DNA of 24,000 bases from Pseudoxanthomonas kaohsiungensis (GCF_010211765.1 NZ_PDWO01000002.1:139581-163580), one strand, 5' to 3'; shown: positions 1-8,258, counted from the first letter of the stretch. The notes: generated by a model from the sequence alone, not told the origin. Program-made: numbers and translations.

Positions 1-766
1 CGCCGCCGGCATCATGCCCGCGCTGCTGATGACCGTCGTCCTGATGCTCACCGGCTACCTGGTCGCGCGCCGCCGCGGCTACGGTGTCGAGCCGTTCCCG
101 GGCTGGCGCGCCGTGGCGGTGCGGCTGGTTTCGGCGCTGCCCGGGCTGGGCCTGGTGGCGCTGATCTTCGTCGGCATCCGCGCCGGCATCTTCACCGCGG
201 TCGAGTCGGCGGCGATCGCCGTGGTCTACGCGCTGCTGGTCACCGCGGTGCTGTATCGCGAGCTGAAGTTCCGCGTGTTCCTGGAGACGGTGACCCATGC
301 GGCGCGCAGCACCGGCGTGATCCTGTTCGTGATTGCCACCGCGGCCGTGTTCGGCTGGCTGCTGGCCTACCTGCAGGTGCCCGCCGCCGCGGTGGAGTTC
401 CTGCAGTCGTTCGCGCACAGCAAGTACATGGTCCTGCTGATGATCATCGTCATGCTGCTGCTGCTGGGAACCTTCATGGACCTGGCGCCGATGATCCTGA
501 TCTGCACCCCGATCTTCCTGCCGGTGGCCAAGGCCTACGGGATCGATCCGATCCATTTCGGCCTGGTGCTGGTCCTGACCGGCGGCATCGGCCTGGTAAC
601 CCCGCCGGTGGGCTCGGTGCTGTTCATCGGCACCGCGATCGGCAAGATCTCCATCGCCGAGAGCATGCGCACGATCTGGCCGTTCTGGCTGGCCGGCCTG
701 GTCGTGCTGCTGGTCGTGGCCTTCTTCCCGCAGCTCTCGCTCTGGCTGCCGGACCTGCTGGCCTGA
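1..766 (+). CDS. TRAP transporter large permease subunit (DctM family), C-terminal part; 5' end lies outside the window
   Basis: The frame is open from position 2 with no stop before the listed Met at 14, and ends at TGA 764-766. The translation is a polytopic hydrophobic protein with the DctM-type C-terminal block GTFMDLAPMILICTPIFLPVAKAYGIDPIHFGLVLVLTGGIGLVTPPVGSVLFIG. Confidence 0.85.
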   Translation, partial: AAGIMPALLMTVVLMLTGYLVARRRGYGVEPFPGWRAVAVRLVSALPGLGLVALIFVGIRAGIFTAVESAAIAVVYALLVTAVLYRELKFRVFLETVTHAARSTGVILFVIATAAVFGWLLAYLQVPAAAVEFLQSFAHSKYMVLLMIIVMLLLLGTFMDLAPMILICTPIFLPVAKAYGIDPIHFGLVLVLTGGIGLVTPPVGSVLFIGTAIGKISIAESMRTIWPFWLAGLVVLLVVAFFPQLSLWLPDLLA

Positions 767-852
767 CGCGCCCGGAGCGGCGGGGCCCCCCGGACCGGCC
801 TGGACCCCGCCGCACCCGCTAGAATCAACGCACCCTTCCGTCGAACCGCCCA

Positions 853-1908
853 ATGTCCGCGCGCACCCCCACCGCCCAGCCGCTCGCCCGGCCCGCCGCC
901 GGCAAGGCCGCGACCATCAATGACATCGCGCGGCTGGCGGGGGTCTCGAAGAAGACCGTCTCGCGGATCATCAACAACTCGCCGCTGGTGCGTAAGGACA
1001 CCCGGGAGAAAGTGGAAACGCTGATGCGCGAGGTCGGCTACGTGCCCGACCCGCTGGCGCGCGGCCTGGCCTTCCGCCGCTCGTTCCTGATCGGCATGGT
1101 CTACGACAACCCGACCGCCCAGTACATCGTCGACATGCAGTACGGCGCCCTGGACGCGCTGCGCGAATCGGGCTTCGAACTGGTCGTGCACCCCTGCGAC
1201 ACCCGCAGCCCCGGCTACATCGACGGCGTGCGGCGCTTCGTCCAGCAGCAGAAGCTGCACGGGGTGATGCTGATCCCGCGCGCCTCCGAGGACCAGAACC
1301 TGGCCGACATGCTCGCCGAGATGGGCTGCCGCTACACGCGCATCGTCCCGGTCGGCTTCGAGGACACCGACGGCCGGATGATCGTCACCCACGACCGCGA
1401 CGGCGCGGCCGAGGCGGCCGACTACCTGCTGACCCTGGGCCACCGCGACATCGCCCTGATCACCGGTCCGCTGGCCTACCGCTCGGCGATCGAACGCACC
1501 GAAGGCTTCGTCGGCACCCTGGCCAGGCGCGGCGTGGAGGTGCCCAAGTCGCGGATCATCGAGGCCAGCTACACCTTCGAGTCCGGCGTGGCGGCGGCCG
1601 AGAAGCTGCTGGCCGGCAAGCAGCGGCCGACCGCGATCTTCTGCGGCAACGATGAAATGGCCGCCGGCGTCTACAAGGTCGCCATGCGCGCCGGCATCAA
1701 CATACCGCGCGACCTGTCGGTGGTCGGCTACGACGACAGCCCGCTGGCGGCGCGCCTGTGGCCGTCGCTGACCTCAGTGCGCCGCCAGACCCGCGACACC
1801 GGGCGCATCGCCGCGACCATGCTGATCCGCACCGACACCGGTCCGCTCCCGGTCGCCAGCGTGCGCCCGCACCTGATCGTCCGCGACTCCTGCCAGCCTC
1901 CCGCCTGA
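853..1908 (+). CDS. LacI-family transcriptional regulator, probably controlling the adjacent TRAP/kdu hexuronate genes
   Basis: 351 aa. N-terminal HTH ATINDIARLAGVSKKTVSRIINNSPLVRKDTREKVETLMREVGYVPDPLARGLA is followed by a periplasmic-binding-protein-like sugar-binding core (SVVGYDDSPLA). Its position between the transporter and kduI fits a local regulator. Confidence 0.9.
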   Translation: MSARTPTAQPLARPAAGKAATINDIARLAGVSKKTVSRIINNSPLVRKDTREKVETLMREVGYVPDPLARGLAFRRSFLIGMVYDNPTAQYIVDMQYGALDALRESGFELVVHPCDTRSPGYIDGVRRFVQQQKLHGVMLIPRASEDQNLADMLAEMGCRYTRIVPVGFEDTDGRMIVTHDRDGAAEAADYLLTLGHRDIALITGPLAYRSAIERTEGFVGTLARRGVEVPKSRIIEASYTFESGVAAAEKLLAGKQRPTAIFCGNDEMAAGVYKVAMRAGINIPRDLSVVGYDDSPLAARLWPSLTSVRRQTRDTGRIAATMLIRTDTGPLPVASVRPHLIVRDSCQPPA

Positions 1909-1920
1909 CCTGATCCGACC

Positions 1921-1945
1921 ACCGGGGGGGAGCTCCGGTCTTTTG
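1921..1945 (+). terminator. Candidate intrinsic terminator after the LacI-family gene
   Basis: ACCGGGG-GGGAG-CTCCGGT forms a 7-bp stem with one G-U pair and a 5-nt loop. It is immediately followed by CTTTTG, 13 nt after the stop codon. Confidence 0.5.
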
Positions 1946-1957
1946 CCGCAACGCGGA

Positions 1958-1987
1958 ATGACACCGGTTACCGTCCTTCGCTAGAAT
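1958..1987 (+). promoter_or_regulatory. Candidate sigma-70 promoter for kduI (ATGACA-N18-TAGAAT) with an internal 9-bp palindrome CGGTTACCG
   Basis: -35-like ATGACA lies at 1958-1963 and -10-like TAGAAT at 1982-1987, 64 nt upstream of the kduI ATG. The palindrome CGGTTACCG (1965-1973) sits in the spacer and could be an operator. Confidence 0.4.
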
Positions 1988-2051
1988 GGTCCCAATACAA
2001 GGCCAGAGCCGCCCCCGCGTCGCTGGCGCACCGCCCCAGGAGCCCGATCCG

Positions 2052-2900
2052 ATGTACCAGAAGACCTACTACGCGACCCACCCCGGCGTCATGCAGGGCG
2101 CCAGCAACGACGAGCTGCGCGACCTGTACCTGATCGGCGAGCTGTTCGCCGCCGACGAAGTGCGGCTGAGCTACACGCACTACGAGCGCTTCGTGATCGG
2201 TGGTGCCGCGCCGGTGTCCAAGTCGGTGTCGCTGCCGAAGCAGACCGAGCCCGCCTCGGCCGCGGGCAAGCCCTTCCTGGAGCGCCGCGAGCTGGGCGTG
2301 ATCAACGTCGGCAACGGTGCAGGCACGGTCACCGTGGACGGCACCGACTACGTGCTCGGCCCGAAGGACGGCCTGTACGTGGCGATGGGCAGCGAGGACG
2401 TGAGCTTCGCCTCGGCCGACGCCGCCAACCCGGCCAAGTTCTACCTGACCTCGACCCCGGCGCACGCGCGCTTCGAGACCAAGCAGCTGTCGATCAAGGA
2501 CGCGGTGGCGCTGGAGCGCGGCGCGCTGGAAACCAGCAACGAGCGCACCATCTACCAGTTCATCGTGCCGGCCACCTGCCAGTCCTCGCAGCTGCTGCTG
2601 GGCCTGACCGTGCTCAAGCCGGGCAGCGTCTGGAACACCATGCCGCCGCACCTGCACGACCGCCGCAGCGAGGTCTACTTCTACTTCGACCTGGGCGGCA
2701 ACGACCGCGTCTACCACTTCATGGGCCAGCCGGACCAGCAGCGCCACATCGTCATGCAGAACGACGAGGCGGTCGTCTCGCCGCCGTGGTCGATCCACAT
2801 GGGCTCGGGCACCAGCAACTACGCCTTCATCTGGGCGATGGGCGGCGAGAACCTGGACTACACCGACATGAACGTGCTGGACATCTGCCAGCTGAAGTAA
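2052..2900 (+). CDS. kduI: 5-dehydro-4-deoxy-D-glucuronate isomerase (KduI)
   Basis: 282 aa from the ATG at 2052, with AGGAG about 11 nt upstream; the listed ORF start at 1986 is probably too long. The cupin-type KduI sequence includes [34 protein letters not shown] and [25 protein letters not shown]. It is adjacent to kduD as in classical kduI-kduD pairs. Confidence 0.9.
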   Translation: MYQKTYYATHPGVMQGASNDELRDLYLIGELFAADEVRLSYTHYERFVIGGAAPVSKSVSLPKQTEPASAAGKPFLERRELGVINVGNGAGTVTVDGTDYVLGPKDGLYVAMGSEDVSFASADAANPAKFYLTSTPAHARFETKQLSIKDAVALERGALETSNERTIYQFIVPATCQSSQLLLGLTVLKPGSVWNTMPPHLHDRRSEVYFYFDLGGNDRVYHFMGQPDQQRHIVMQNDEAVVSPPWSIHMGSGTSNYAFIWAMGGENLDYTDMNVLDICQLK

Positions 2901-2921
2901 CGCCCCGCAGGCGCAACGGGC

Positions 2922-3026
2922 GTAGAGCGGGGCTTGCCCCGCTGCTATTCCAAGCACGTACGAACAGGCCGGAGCCCAAACAGCCGGCTTCTCCACACGG
3001 CTCCAGCGGGGCAAGCCCCGCTCTAC
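2922..3026. repeat. Pair of inverted GTAG-type REP-like palindromic elements (SMAG/REP class) in the kduI-kduD spacer
   Basis: GTAGAGCGGGGCTTGCCCCGCT lies at 2922-2943 and its inverted copy AGCGGGGCAAGCCCCGCTCTAC at 3005-3026. Each is itself a hairpin (AGCGGGGC-NN-GCCCCGCT) with a terminal GTAG/CTAC tetranucleotide. Confidence 0.6.
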
Positions 3027-3038
3027 AGAGGATCTGTC

Positions 3039-3797
3039 ATGGCAAGCAACCCGTTCAGCCTCGAAGGCAAGGTCGCGCTGGTCACCGGCGCCAACACCGG
3101 CCTGGGCCAGGGCATCGCACTGGCGCTGGCCGCCGCGGGCGCCGACATCGCCGCCGCCGGCATCGTCCCCGCCGACGAGACCGGCGAGAAGGTGAAGGCC
3201 CTGGGCCGCCGCTTCCTCAACATCGAAGCGAACCTGATCAGCATCGAACCGGTCGAGCGCATCGTCGCCGAGACCGTCGCCGGCCTCGGCGGGCTCGACA
3301 TCCTGGTCAACAACGCCGGCCTGATCCGCCGCGCCGACGCGGTCGATTTCTCCGAGAAGGACTGGGACGACGTGATGAACGTCAACATCAAGTCCGCGTT
3401 CTTCATGTCGCAGGCCGCCGGCAAGCATTTCATCGCCCAGGGCCGCGGCAAGATCATCAACATCGCCTCGATGCTCTCGTTCCAGGGCGGCATCCGCGTG
3501 CCTTCGTACACCGCCTCCAAGAGCGGCATCGCCGGCATCACCCGGTTGCTGGCCAACGAGTGGGCGGCCAAGGGCGTGAACATCAACGCGATCGCGCCGG
3601 GTTACATGGCCACCGACAACACCGCCCAGCTGCGCGCCGACGAGGACCGCAACAAGGCGATCCTGGACCGCATCCCGGCCGCGCGCTGGGGCGAGCCGGC
3701 CGACCTGGGCGGCACCGCGGTGTTCCTGTCCAGCGCCGCGTCCGACTACGTCAACGGCGCGGTGATCCCGGTCGACGGCGGCTGGCTGGCGCGCTGA
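3039..3797 (+). CDS. kduD: 2-dehydro-3-deoxy-D-gluconate 5-dehydrogenase (KduD), SDR family
   Basis: 252 aa from the ATG at 3039 (MASNPFSLEGKVALVTGANTGLGQGIA). Rossmann motif TGxxxGxG, NNAG, catalytic YTASK, and the C-terminal VDGGWLAR typical of KduD. Confidence 0.9.
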   Translation: MASNPFSLEGKVALVTGANTGLGQGIALALAAAGADIAAAGIVPADETGEKVKALGRRFLNIEANLISIEPVERIVAETVAGLGGLDILVNNAGLIRRADAVDFSEKDWDDVMNVNIKSAFFMSQAAGKHFIAQGRGKIINIASMLSFQGGIRVPSYTASKSGIAGITRLLANEWAAKGVNINAIAPGYMATDNTAQLRADEDRNKAILDRIPAARWGEPADLGGTAVFLSSAASDYVNGAVIPVDGGWLAR

Positions 3798-3892
3798 ACC
3801 CCACGTCGGGGCGCGCTCCGGCCGCGGTTGCGCATCCGTCGTGCCGCCGGATGCACTCTCTCCGCATCCGCGGCCGGAGCCAGTACCGACCC

Positions 3893-3930
3893 AGCCCCGC
3901 CCGGCACAGCCGTCAGCGGGGCTTCTTTTT
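3893..3930 (+). terminator. Candidate intrinsic terminator after kduD
   Basis: AGCCCCGC (3893-3900) pairs with GCGGGGCT (3916-3923) around a 15-nt loop, followed by TCTTTTT (3924-3930). A second long imperfect hairpin (CTCCGGCCGCGG...CCGCGGCCGGAG, about 3825-3879) lies just upstream. Confidence 0.35.
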
Positions 3931-3943
3931 GCGAGTGACCACC

Positions 3944-5083
3944 ATGCACAAGCGCCTGCTGCCGATCGCCCTGGCTTTCGCCGCCCTCGCCTCGCTTGCC
4001 AGCGCGGCCGACGCATGGGCCGGGCCGCGCCGGGTGTTCATCGCCGGCGACTCCACCGCCGCCGAGTACGGACCCGAGCGCGCGCCGCGCAATGGCTGGG
4101 GCCAGCAGCTGCAGGGCTTCCTCGACCCCGCGGCCTTCGAGGTGCGCAACCACGCGATGGGCGGGCGCAGTTCGCGCAGCTTCATCGAGGAAGGCCGGCT
4201 GGAGCCGGTCGCGCGCGAGCTGCGCAAGGGCGACGTGCTGCTGATCCAGTTCGGCCACAACGATGCCAAGTACGAAGATCCGCGGCGCTACAACGAGCCC
4301 GGGCAGGCCTATCCGCAATGGCTCATGCGCTACGTGTCCCTGGCGCGCGAGCGCGGCGCGACGCCGGTCCTGCTGACTCCGGTGTCGCGGCGCGTCTGGG
4401 ACTTCGGCTCGCTGCTGGACACCCACGCCCGCTACACCCAGGCGGTGCGTGAACTGGCCGCGCGCGAACAGGTCGCACTGATCGACCTCAACGCCAGCAC
4501 CACCGACTGGCTGCGCGCGCTCGGCGACCAAGCGTCCAAGGCGTACTTCGAGCACGTGCCGGAGCGCGAGGTGCGCGACGACACCCACTTCAGCGTCGCC
4601 GGTGCGACCATGGTCGCCTGCCTGGTGGTGCGCGACTGGAAGGCGCTGGACCCGGCGCTGGGCGCACACGTGGTGCGCGACACCGACTGCGGTGCACCGG
4701 CCAGCGCGCGCGCCGACCTGGCCGCGCAGAAGAATCCGTCTTCGGTGGTGCACGAGCGCGACCTTGCGCGGCAGCAGCCGGGTCCGCATGGCGGCGCGGG
4801 CACCACCACCGCCTATCCGCTGTTCGCCGAGGCGCCGGGGCTGTCCTTCGTGATGCGCAAGCGGGTCCTGCACAAGGGCGCCGGTATCGGCCTGCACCAG
4901 CACCACAAGGACGAGATCTACTACGTGCTCGCCGGCCGCGGGCGCTACGTGCTCGATGGCAAGGTGCATGACGTGGCCGCCGGCGACGCCATGCTGACCC
5001 GCCCCGGCAGCACCCATGCGATCGAACAGGTGGGCGAGGACGACCTGGTCCTGCTGTTGGCCTACCCTGCTTCACCTCGCTGA
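3944..5083 (+). CDS. Secreted SGNH/GDSL hydrolase (rhamnogalacturonan acetylesterase-like, CE12-type) fused to a C-terminal cupin domain
   Basis: 379 aa. Signal peptide MHKRLLPIALAFAALASLASAADA. SGNH blocks are present: FIAGDSTAAEY (block I Ser), GGRSS, FGHNDA and DDTHF (Asp-x-x-His). The C-terminal ~100 aa carry cupin motif 1, GAGIGLHQHHKDEIYYVLAG, which fits G-x5-H-x-H-x3-E-x6-G, and motif 2-like GDAMLTRPGSTHAIEQ. Confidence 0.8.
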   Translation: MHKRLLPIALAFAALASLASAADAWAGPRRVFIAGDSTAAEYGPERAPRNGWGQQLQGFLDPAAFEVRNHAMGGRSSRSFIEEGRLEPVARELRKGDVLLIQFGHNDAKYEDPRRYNEPGQAYPQWLMRYVSLARERGATPVLLTPVSRRVWDFGSLLDTHARYTQAVRELAAREQVALIDLNASTTDWLRALGDQASKAYFEHVPEREVRDDTHFSVAGATMVACLVVRDWKALDPALGAHVVRDTDCGAPASARADLAAQKNPSSVVHERDLARQQPGPHGGAGTTTAYPLFAEAPGLSFVMRKRVLHKGAGIGLHQHHKDEIYYVLAGRGRYVLDGKVHDVAAGDAMLTRPGSTHAIEQVGEDDLVLLLAYPASPR

Positions 5084-5101
5084 ACAACTCATCATGCTGA
5101 A

Positions 5102-5122
5102 GGACAGACAGGACGTCTGTCC
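5102..5122 (+). terminator. Hairpin just after the esterase-cupin stop; possible terminator without a U-tract
   Basis: GGACAGAC-AGGAC-GTCTGTCC forms an 8-bp perfect stem with a 5-nt loop, starting 19 nt after the stop codon. No T-run follows. Confidence 0.3.
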
Positions 5123-5318
5123 TGTCCTCCTGGCCACCAGCGTTTTCCCGGATACAGCCGTCATTCCAACCTGCGCGGCTGGCAACACGCTTTTCTCCGG
5201 GGGAACACCATGGCACGCCGAGATCGTCCGCCCTATCCGATCCCTTCACCGAATCGGACCCGCCGCGATGCGGCCGCGGGCGGACACTGAGGTGCAGCGC
5301 CGATGGCACGCGGCCGGC

Positions 5319-5348
5319 TTGCCCGGGCGCCTTTCATCCACCTATTAA
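5319..5348 (+). promoter_or_regulatory. Candidate sigma-70 promoter for the EBP gene (TTGCCC-N18-TATTAA)
   Basis: TTGCCC at 5319-5324 and TATTAA at 5343-5348 lie in the lower-GC spacer about 100 nt upstream of the ATG at 5452. Confidence 0.3.
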
Positions 5349-5451
5349 CCGCCTGTCACGAAGCGTAGGCAGGCTGCGCCGACGGCCGTCCGCAAGGATG
5401 TCCGTCCCGCAAACGTCCCGTTCGCCGGGATGGCACCAGGAGCAAGGAACT

Positions 5452-6762
5452 ATGGCGGCAGTTCCCGAGATCCGACCGCGTTGCATGATCTGGCTGGGTC
5501 GCCCGGAGGCACAGGAGCGCGATGTCCTCGCCGCTGCCGGCTGGGATGTCCGCGTCATCGAGGAGCCGCGCGGAGCAAGGATCGGCCTGCGGGGTGGCGA
5601 CCGCGTCGCCGCGCTGCTCGACCTCCGCCATGCCGACGAGGCCTGGTCGGCGGCGATGCTCGACCTGCTCGCGCCGCACTCGGACCTGCCGCTGGTGATC
5701 CTGGGCGATGCCGACATGCCGCCCCGGGGTTGCCTGCTGCAACTGCGCGAGCCGCTTGACCTGGTGCAGATCCAGCGCCTTGCCAAGATCGTCGACGGCG
5801 ACACTCGGCCCAGCGTGGGCAATGGCATCGACTGCCTGGTCGGCTCGAGCACGGCGATGCTCGCCGTGCATGCGAACCTGCACAAGTTCGCGCCGGTCGA
5901 ATTGCCGGTGCTGGTGACCGGCGAGACCGGTACCGGCAAGGAGCTGGCCGCGCGCGCCCTGCACGAAATGTCGTCGCGGCGCGGCCGCCCCTTCATCGCG
6001 GTCAACTGCGGCGCCCTGCCGGCCAGCCTGGTGCAGGCCGAACTGTTCGGCCACGAGAAGGGCGCGTTCACCGGTGCCGCGGCGCGCCGGATAGGCCTGT
6101 TCGAGGCCGCCGACGGCGGCACCATCTTCCTGGACGAGATCGGCGACCTGCCCCTGGACGCGCAGACCAACCTGCTCCGCGTCCTCCAGGAAGGCACGAT
6201 CGAACGCGTCGGCAGCCACCATTCGATCCACATCGACGTGCGCGTGGTGGCCGCCACCCATGTCGACCTGGAAGAGGCGATCGCACACGGCCGCTTCCGC
6301 CAGGACCTGTTCTACCGCCTCGATGTCCTGCGCCTGCACATGCCACCGCTGCGCGAGCGGGGCGCCGACGTGGAACTGCTGGCCCGGCACTTCCTGGCCC
6401 AGTTCCGCGAACAGCACCGGGTGCGCGCCCGCGGCTTCGATGCGTCCGCCCGCCGGCAGATGCATTCGCACCGGTGGCCGGGGAATGTCCGCGAGCTGAT
6501 GAACCGGGTGCGGCGCGCGGCCGTGGTCAGCGAAAGCGAGCTGATCGACGACCAGGCGCTGCAGCTGTGCGATGGCATCGCGACCGGCGCCGACGCCCTG
6601 GGCGAAGTCCGGATCCATGCCGAGCGCGAGGCCATCTTGGCCACCCTGCGCGATTCGGGCTTCAACGTCAGCGAATGCGCGCGACGCCTGCGCGTTTCGC
6701 GAGTCACCGTCTACAGGCTGTGCAAGAAGCACCAGCTCGAGCTCGAGGCACTGCGGGTGTAG
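5452..6762 (+). CDS. Sigma-54-dependent transcriptional activator (bacterial enhancer-binding protein) with a degenerate N-terminal receiver-like domain
   Basis: 436 aa from the ATG at 5452, with AGGAGCAAGGAAC just upstream; the listed start at 5398 is possible but has no SD. AAA+ core has Walker A GETGTGKE, the sigma-54 contact loop GAFTGA (HEKGAFTGAAARR) and Walker B IFLDEIGD. C-terminal Fis-type HTH is FNVSECARRLRVSRVTVYRLCKKH. The N-terminal ~120 aa look REC-like but lack the usual acidic pair and conserved Lys. Confidence 0.9.
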   Translation: MAAVPEIRPRCMIWLGRPEAQERDVLAAAGWDVRVIEEPRGARIGLRGGDRVAALLDLRHADEAWSAAMLDLLAPHSDLPLVILGDADMPPRGCLLQLREPLDLVQIQRLAKIVDGDTRPSVGNGIDCLVGSSTAMLAVHANLHKFAPVELPVLVTGETGTGKELAARALHEMSSRRGRPFIAVNCGALPASLVQAELFGHEKGAFTGAAARRIGLFEAADGGTIFLDEIGDLPLDAQTNLLRVLQEGTIERVGSHHSIHIDVRVVAATHVDLEEAIAHGRFRQDLFYRLDVLRLHMPPLRERGADVELLARHFLAQFREQHRVRARGFDASARRQMHSHRWPGNVRELMNRVRRAAVVSESELIDDQALQLCDGIATGADALGEVRIHAEREAILATLRDSGFNVSECARRLRVSRVTVYRLCKKHQLELEALRV

Positions 6763-6862
6763 GAGCCGGGGAGACCGGACATTCGTCCGGGACAAGGCGC
6801 CCGTGGCTGGAAGCTACGGCAAGGCCGGCGCCTACGCGCTCACGCCGCCTGCAGGCTGCGCC

Positions 6863-8230
6863 CTACAACGAGTAGGGCACCCGGAAGCCGAGGGTGAAGT
6901 CAGGCGCGTCCGGCGTCAGGCCGATGCCGAGGAGGCCGACCATGGTGGCGTGGTCGCTCAGCGCGTAGGTCACGCCCAGGTTGAACAGGGCCGAGTTCGC
7001 GTCGCTGCCGATGACCTTGTTCCAGGGCTGGCCGTCGTAGCGCATCCGCGCACGGGCGCTGAGCCGGTTGCTCAGTGACATGCTGAAGCTGGTCCGCTCG
7101 TTGAAGGCGAACGCCACGCCCGCGCCGAAGTAGAACGAATCGCCCAGCTTCACGTCGCCCGGATTGACCGTGTCCGGATTGTTGTCGATGTCGTCGAAGC
7201 TGGCCTCGAACGAGTAGGTATAGCCGATGTTGCCGTACAGGATCGCCGGGTCGCTGGTCTTGACCGCGGAGACGCCGACGCTGGCCTGCCATGCGCCATT
7301 GCCGGTGGGCTGTTCGTCGGGGACGGCGAAGCGGATGAAATCGTCGTCGTCGCGCTCGAGCACCGTCCACGGGATTCCGTAGGGCTCCTGGCCGGTCGGC
7401 GCGGTGATGCCGACGTTGAGCACGGTTTCCGGACGGCCGTTGTTCTCCGGCAGCATCAGGTAGTTGCCGCTGACGGTGATGTCGCCCAGGCCGCTGCCGG
7501 TGGTTTCCTCCTGCGCGATCGCTGCCGCCGCGCCGCCGGCACCGCCCTTCTGGTAGACGGTCTTGCGCCAGAGGTAGGGCGCATCCAGGTTGAGGGTCAG
7601 CTTCGGCGTCACGCCCCAGCGCGCGGCGAAGTTGTAGTTCATGGTGTCCGACTCGACGTTCTCGATGGCGATGTTGCCGAGGAAGATCGCGTCCAGGGCG
7701 AGGAAGCCATTGAGGGTGAGCTGCTTGCGGTCGTAGCGGTTGTAGGTGAGGCCGTTCTCGATCACCAGGCGCTGGTTGAACAGGGTCCGGGTCGCCTGCT
7801 TCACATCGGCGACGCTGCGCGGCAACTCCTTGCGCGCGGCCTCCGCTTCGGCGGCGGTGCTGGCATAGCCGGCCTGCGACGGTGGCGGCGGTTCGGCGGC
7901 GGCGGCGGCCGCGGGTGCCGGGGCGGCCACGATCGGCGCGGCAACGGTCGCGGTGCCCACCGCACCCGGGGTGGCGGCCGGAACCTTGCCGGCCAGGCGC
8001 GCCTGCAGGGCCTGCACCTGCATGTCCAGCTCGCGCAACCGGCGCACTTCCTGCGCGTAGGCGGCCTTCAGTTCGGCGAGGTCTTCGGTCAGCTGGCGCA
8101 GCTCGGCTTCGTCGGCCGGTGTGCTGGCCGCCTGCGCGCACGCAGGGGGTACGAAGGACGCGGTGGCCAGGGCCGAGACCACGGCCAGGCGCAATGCAGT
8201 GGAAGGTCCCGCCGTAGTCTTCCTGCTCAC
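6863..8230 (-). CDS. fapF: FapF-type outer-membrane amyloid secretion channel: signal peptide, coiled coil, Ala/Pro linker and beta-barrel
   Basis: 455 aa from the GTG at 8230, with AAGGAGAGA 7 nt upstream; upstream in-frame codons overlap fapE. Signal peptide ends ...ATASFVPPACAQAAS. Heptad-like coiled coil is ADEAELRQLTEDLAELKAAYAQEVRRLRELDMQVQALQARLAG. An Ala/Pro-rich linker leads to a C-terminal domain of alternating amphipathic strands with Gly/aromatic residues (YNFAARWGVTPKLTLNLDAPYLW ... GFRVPYSL). It is the last gene of a fapABCDE-like series. Confidence 0.8.
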   Translation of the reverse strand: MSRKTTAGPSTALRLAVVSALATASFVPPACAQAASTPADEAELRQLTEDLAELKAAYAQEVRRLRELDMQVQALQARLAGKVPAATPGAVGTATVAAPIVAAPAPAAAAAAEPPPPSQAGYASTAAEAEAARKELPRSVADVKQATRTLFNQRLVIENGLTYNRYDRKQLTLNGFLALDAIFLGNIAIENVESDTMNYNFAARWGVTPKLTLNLDAPYLWRKTVYQKGGAGGAAAAIAQEETTGSGLGDITVSGNYLMLPENNGRPETVLNVGITAPTGQEPYGIPWTVLERDDDDFIRFAVPDEQPTGNGAWQASVGVSAVKTSDPAILYGNIGYTYSFEASFDDIDNNPDTVNPGDVKLGDSFYFGAGVAFAFNERTSFSMSLSNRLSARARMRYDGQPWNKVIGSDANSALFNLGVTYALSDHATMVGLLGIGLTPDAPDFTLGFRVPYSL

Positions 8231-8258
8231 CCTTGTCTCTCCTTGTCGGGCTGCCGCC

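Noticed and set aside
1968-4016. Very long ORFs overlapping or antisense to well-supported genes. Examples: 1968-4016(-) 682 aa, 2786-3943(+) N-terminal part of the 765-aa ORF, 5356-6795(-), 8121-9743(+), 8227-9906(-), 9807-11603(+), 14204-15943(+) part of the 834-aa ORF, 19264-20556(+) and 22148-23599(+).
   Set aside because: Their translations are Arg/Ala/Gly/Pro-rich low-complexity strings with no recognisable motifs. They lie out of frame or antisense to genes with clear family signatures. Such stop-free shadow frames are expected at this GC content.
5211-5436. Three TGGCAC hexamers (5211, 5304, 5431) in the spacer upstream of the EBP gene, considered as sigma-54 promoters or autoregulation.
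   Set aside because: At 5211 and 5431 the -12 position lacks GC at the required spacing. At 5304 only a bare GC fits (TGGCACGCGGCCGGC), and the nearby TTGC is 4 nt out of register. In this GC-rich DNA that is not distinguishable from chance, and a sigma-70-like TTGCCC-N18-TATTAA fits better.
5452-6762. EBP considered as a FleQ-like c-di-GMP-responsive regulator, which would be attractive because matrix genes are often c-di-GMP controlled.
   Set aside because: The segment preceding the AAA+ core reads GIDCLVGSS rather than an LFRS-type motif, so there is no equivalent Arg that I can see. By eye there is no positive evidence for c-di-GMP binding residues. It was left as an untested possibility only.
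6860-6878. GCCCTAC-AACGA-GTAGGGC hairpin (GTAG/CTAC-containing) overlapping the fapF stop codon, considered as a REP element or as the fap terminator.
   Set aside because: The stem is only 7 bp, it lies mostly inside the coding sequence, it has no U-tract, and it does not share the core of the REP pair at 2922-3026. No convincing intrinsic terminator was found in the 100-bp convergent gap 6763-6862.
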